DNA from: Macrostomum lignano
Lineage: Eukaryota
Assembly (NCBI GenBank): GCA_002269645.1
Contig: NIVC01003134.1
Span: 53,950 to 117,949, forward strand
Direction: 5' to 3'
Length of the DNA stretch: 64,000 nt
Shown piece by piece: positions 61,203 through 64,000 of this stretch (position 1 is the first letter of the stretch; every line of letters starts with the position of its first letter). Made by a program: the position numbers and the translations under genes. Below the pieces are notes generated by a model. That model searched no databases and was not told the DNA's origin. It worked only from the letters and a program-made list of their open reading frames with translations.

Positions 61203-62107
61203 GTGGTATAGGTAAGTGCGGATAGGCAGGCTTCCTTCAGTATATTGCATGATATGATATTACAAGATTCTGTATGCGTTGGCTCCAAGCATGCTTGGCA
61301 TGGCGAAACCAATAAGTCCAAGAGACTTTTCTCCAGTAAGATGTACGCTCGTATCTGTGAACCCAACAGCCATGCTTATTTTGCACGCAATTACAAAAAA
61401 ATCAAGCGCTTTCAGATTAAAATATTACGATCATTTCGTTATCTACCTTCTGTATCATAAGTGACAACCTGATGTAATAACATATTAACGTCTTACTGGT
61501 ATCTGTTGCTTCTTGAGCACTTTCAGTTTTTCTTTCAAGCAACTCAGTTTTCTAACTTAAAAGAAAATCATTTCATAGCACTTCGCTAATATAAAAAATA
61601 TGGGCTCTACTTTTTGCTTGTTGCCATGTCCTTCTACATCTCTCATTGTCAGGACTCTAAAGAGATGGTAAATAGCAAAGCCAACAGTGCTGAAGCAGTG
61701 GAGAGAGCGGCAGACCGATGATGGGGGGCAAGTCATGCTTCACCATCCCATCCATACAGACCCGGCCAGATCCCCGCTGAGCTCGCCCTCTCATTGGCTT
61801 TGCTTAGGCAAATTTCCTGCCTCTCCATCCGGCTTTGATTCGTTTCGTGGAAAGAATTGGCAAAAGCCCCGAGGAAAACTGGGCGGGGCTAAAAACAAGA
61901 GCTGGAGAAGCAAACAGGGACGGTCTTGGCTAACATTTGATATCAGCTCTCCTTAATTCGGTACTTCTCCAATTTGATTTATTTCGATTGGGAAAAAGAG
62001 TTTCAAAGAGACGTGCTCCGCTTCTCAATATATTAATACATTATTCCCTAAGAGATTTGCCTTTGGACTTATTGCTACTGCCATACCTTACTCGACATCC
62101 TGAACTC

Positions 62108-63304
62108 ATGCTTGCCGCTACGAAGCGCATCATTCTACTGTCCAACTCGTCCCACGAGTGCGAAAATGCCACCAGATCGAATACGTCACACCTGAACGAC
62201 CTGTTTGGTTTGAAGGCCTACAAGATATTTATGATCTGCTTACCAATGCTCAACTGCGTGTTGAACAGCCTGTGCTGTTCGGTGTTTCGTTGGATGAAGC
62301 CGAACAATCAGTTCAACCGCATCCTCATGTATCTATCCGTTGCCGAGGTCCTTTTTCAGCTGATGTTCGCCTCGCATCAGTTGCTTTTTCTTCTGATGGA
62401 GACCAACCGCCTGGAAATGAGAACTCTTCTAGAAGCTCGGATAGTCGCAGCCAGCATTGTGGTGTCAATCGTGCTGCTGACGGCCTGTCACCTGATTCGC
62501 AACTGGATGGTTGTCATTATCAGCTACTATCGATACTGCTCTGCATCTGTCCCGAGCGTTCGCTCCTGCCTTTTTTCTGGTCATCTGCGTTTGAAAAGTT
62601 GCTGCCTGGTAGCTGTCTGCCTAATGGTTGCCCTGCCTCGCAGCCTGGAGTTCAGCATAGTGGTTTGCTCGTTTGAGAAACAGGTGACTCATATTGACAG
62701 CAACCTGAGTGACACGCAGCTCTATCGGATACTCTACCTGGGACTTATTCTCTTCCTGGCTCAGAATGTTGGTCCGGTGATGCTGCTCCTAGTGTTTAGC
62801 ATCTGCCTGTGCCATATTCTCTACAGGCAGAGACGGTCGCGCAAGTCGATGCAGAGCCGCGATCGAAACTGTCGCGAACGCGGCGAAGGTTTCGAAGGTC
62901 GGCACAGGCATCAGTCTGGCACTAGGCTGGTTATTGTACTGTGCGCTGTGTTTCTCACGTGTGAGATACCGACTCTACTGAAAGTGATCGACCCAATGAG
63001 GACTCGACTGCACCTGCTTGGCTACACAACCAACCTGCTAACCTGCGTTGACTCCACCTTCAACATCCTTGTGTACTACCTGAGCAACCGGGAGTTTAAG
63101 CGCGTCATAAGACGTCGACTACCGTGTTGGCTGAGAGGCAGATCGGCTGATCGAGGGCGGAACCGGACTCCAGATACTGATGGAAGAGCAGCTGTCCCAG
63201 AGATGCCTGCTGAGGCTCATGAAGCTGCTGATTTGGTACCTCTTGCAAGCGTTAGAATTGGTAACACGCGAAGAGAAACGTCAGATATAACCGAAGAGGT
63301 GTGA
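62108..63304 (+). CDS. Intronless class A (rhodopsin-like) GPCR, peptide-receptor/FMRFamide-receptor-like orphan, 398 aa
   Basis: First ATG at 62108. N-terminal sequons NSS/NAT/NTS; seven hydrophobic segments; TM1 N (LNCVLNSL); TM3 RNWMVVIISYYRY (DRY-equivalent); TM4 LMVALPR; TM5 GP; TM6 FLTCEIP; TM7 DSTFNILVYYLSNREFK. Confidence 0.88.
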   Translation: MLAATKRIILLSNSSHECENATRSNTSHLNDLFGLKAYKIFMICLPMLNCVLNSLCCSVFRWMKPNNQFNRILMYLSVAEVLFQLMFASHQLLFLLMETNRLEMRTLLEARIVAASIVVSIVLLTACHLIRNWMVVIISYYRYCSASVPSVRSCLFSGHLRLKSCCLVAVCLMVALPRSLEFSIVVCSFEKQVTHIDSNLSDTQLYRILYLGLILFLAQNVGPVMLLLVFSICLCHILYRQRRSRKSMQSRDRNCRERGEGFEGRHRHQSGTRLVIVLCAVFLTCEIPTLLKVIDPMRTRLHLLGYTTNLLTCVDSTFNILVYYLSNREFKRVIRRRLPCWLRGRSADRGRNRTPDTDGRAAVPEMPAEAHEAADLVPLASVRIGNTRRETSDITEEV

Positions 63305-63601
63305 ATGTTCAAAAAGACGAATGAAACCAAAAGAAAAGAGAAGATTCTTTAACTTTATTGAACTAGCAAAAAACAACTAAAAATCAATTCCGAACTTGAT
63401 TCAAATTTTTAACTTTCCCAAATTGTCTATACTTTCCAAGCCGTGTGATTACAAGTATACGTCGTGTTGTTACCATGCGATACGAGGTATGTCGGCTGAG
63501 ATGCTTTTCATTTGCGTATTCTGCAAGCTATTCCCTTGATTTACTTGACTCAGCTGCAGGGGGCATCCTGATGCAGCGAGGAGGCGTTGCTGCCCATTCC
63601 G

Positions 63602-63930
63602 CTAAACCCAGCTGGCGACCGCGGGCAGCTGGTACTTCGCTGTCGCGCAGGGAGATCCGTTGGTGACGATGTTCACAGCACGGTCGGAGAGTCCAGGAGG
63701 TGGATGGTCGCTTTCCCGGTAGGCCTTATAGGTAGCGGACGAGCTGACAGAGATTTTCAGACCTGAAAACGTCGGAGAGGTACGGTTTTGGGCCAAGGTA
63801 AGTGAGAGTGTTGTGTCGTGAGCATTCTCGACACTGGAGAGGCCGGAGAGGACAAACGGTTCCTCGTTGCGGACTAGGTGACGGTGCCTGGCAAAACAGC
63901 CATGACCCGAGAGGGCCACGGTCAGAGCCC
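63602..63930 (-). mobile_element. Decayed non-LTR retrotransposon ORF2 C-terminal fragment (same family as 58829-59130)
   Basis: LSGHGCFARHRHLVRNEEP..SSVENAH then, in a shifted frame, LTYLGPKPYLSDVFRSENLCQLVRYL*. The GHGCF + CCHC-region pattern is typical of I/R1/LOA-type LINE C-termini. Confidence 0.55.
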
Positions 63931-64000
63931 GGATGCCCCCCCCCCCCTAGAATAGACTTACTGACTACATGTATAGAAATCAAACAAACGAAATATTGAT

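Noticed and set aside
61937-62107. N-terminal extension of the GPCR ORF from a TTG
   Set aside because: A non-ATG start is an artefact of the ORF caller in a eukaryote; the first ATG at 62108 precedes the glycosylated N-terminus as expected.

Overview
Eukaryotic (metazoan) genomic DNA. GC-rich exons, AT-rich intergenic DNA and minisatellite-packed introns suggest a free-living flatworm such as Macrostomum, but this is inference only. The main gene is a 13-coding-exon FARP/CDEP-type FERM-RhoGEF(DH)-PH-PH gene on the minus strand (52186->17122, 3846 nt CDS, 1281 aa). I reconstructed it by hand with all GT-AG junctions and exon phases consistent. Two intronless genes are also present: a secreted PAN/apple + C-type lectin gene (minus, 13951-14724) with an in-frame TGA exactly at a conserved lectin cysteine position, and a class A peptide-receptor-like GPCR (plus, 62108-63304). 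The rest is repeats and mobile DNA: a decayed hAT transposase, a Helitron-like 3' end, DINE-1/Helentron-like elements, foldback/MITE elements, a tRNA-headed CORE-like SINE family, a Penelope-like 3' fragment with inverted pLTRs carrying a minimal hammerhead-like motif, LINE C-terminal fragments, an hAT MITE with 8-bp TSD that carries a tandem array, and about 20 distinct tandem arrays. The most striking patterns are that nearly every FARP exon is bracketed by minisatellites within about 20-250 bp (some families on both sides of the same exon, one inverted within an intron), the Cys-position TGA, and the variant hammerhead. No prokaryotic features, CRISPR arrays, rRNA or genuine tRNA genes were found.
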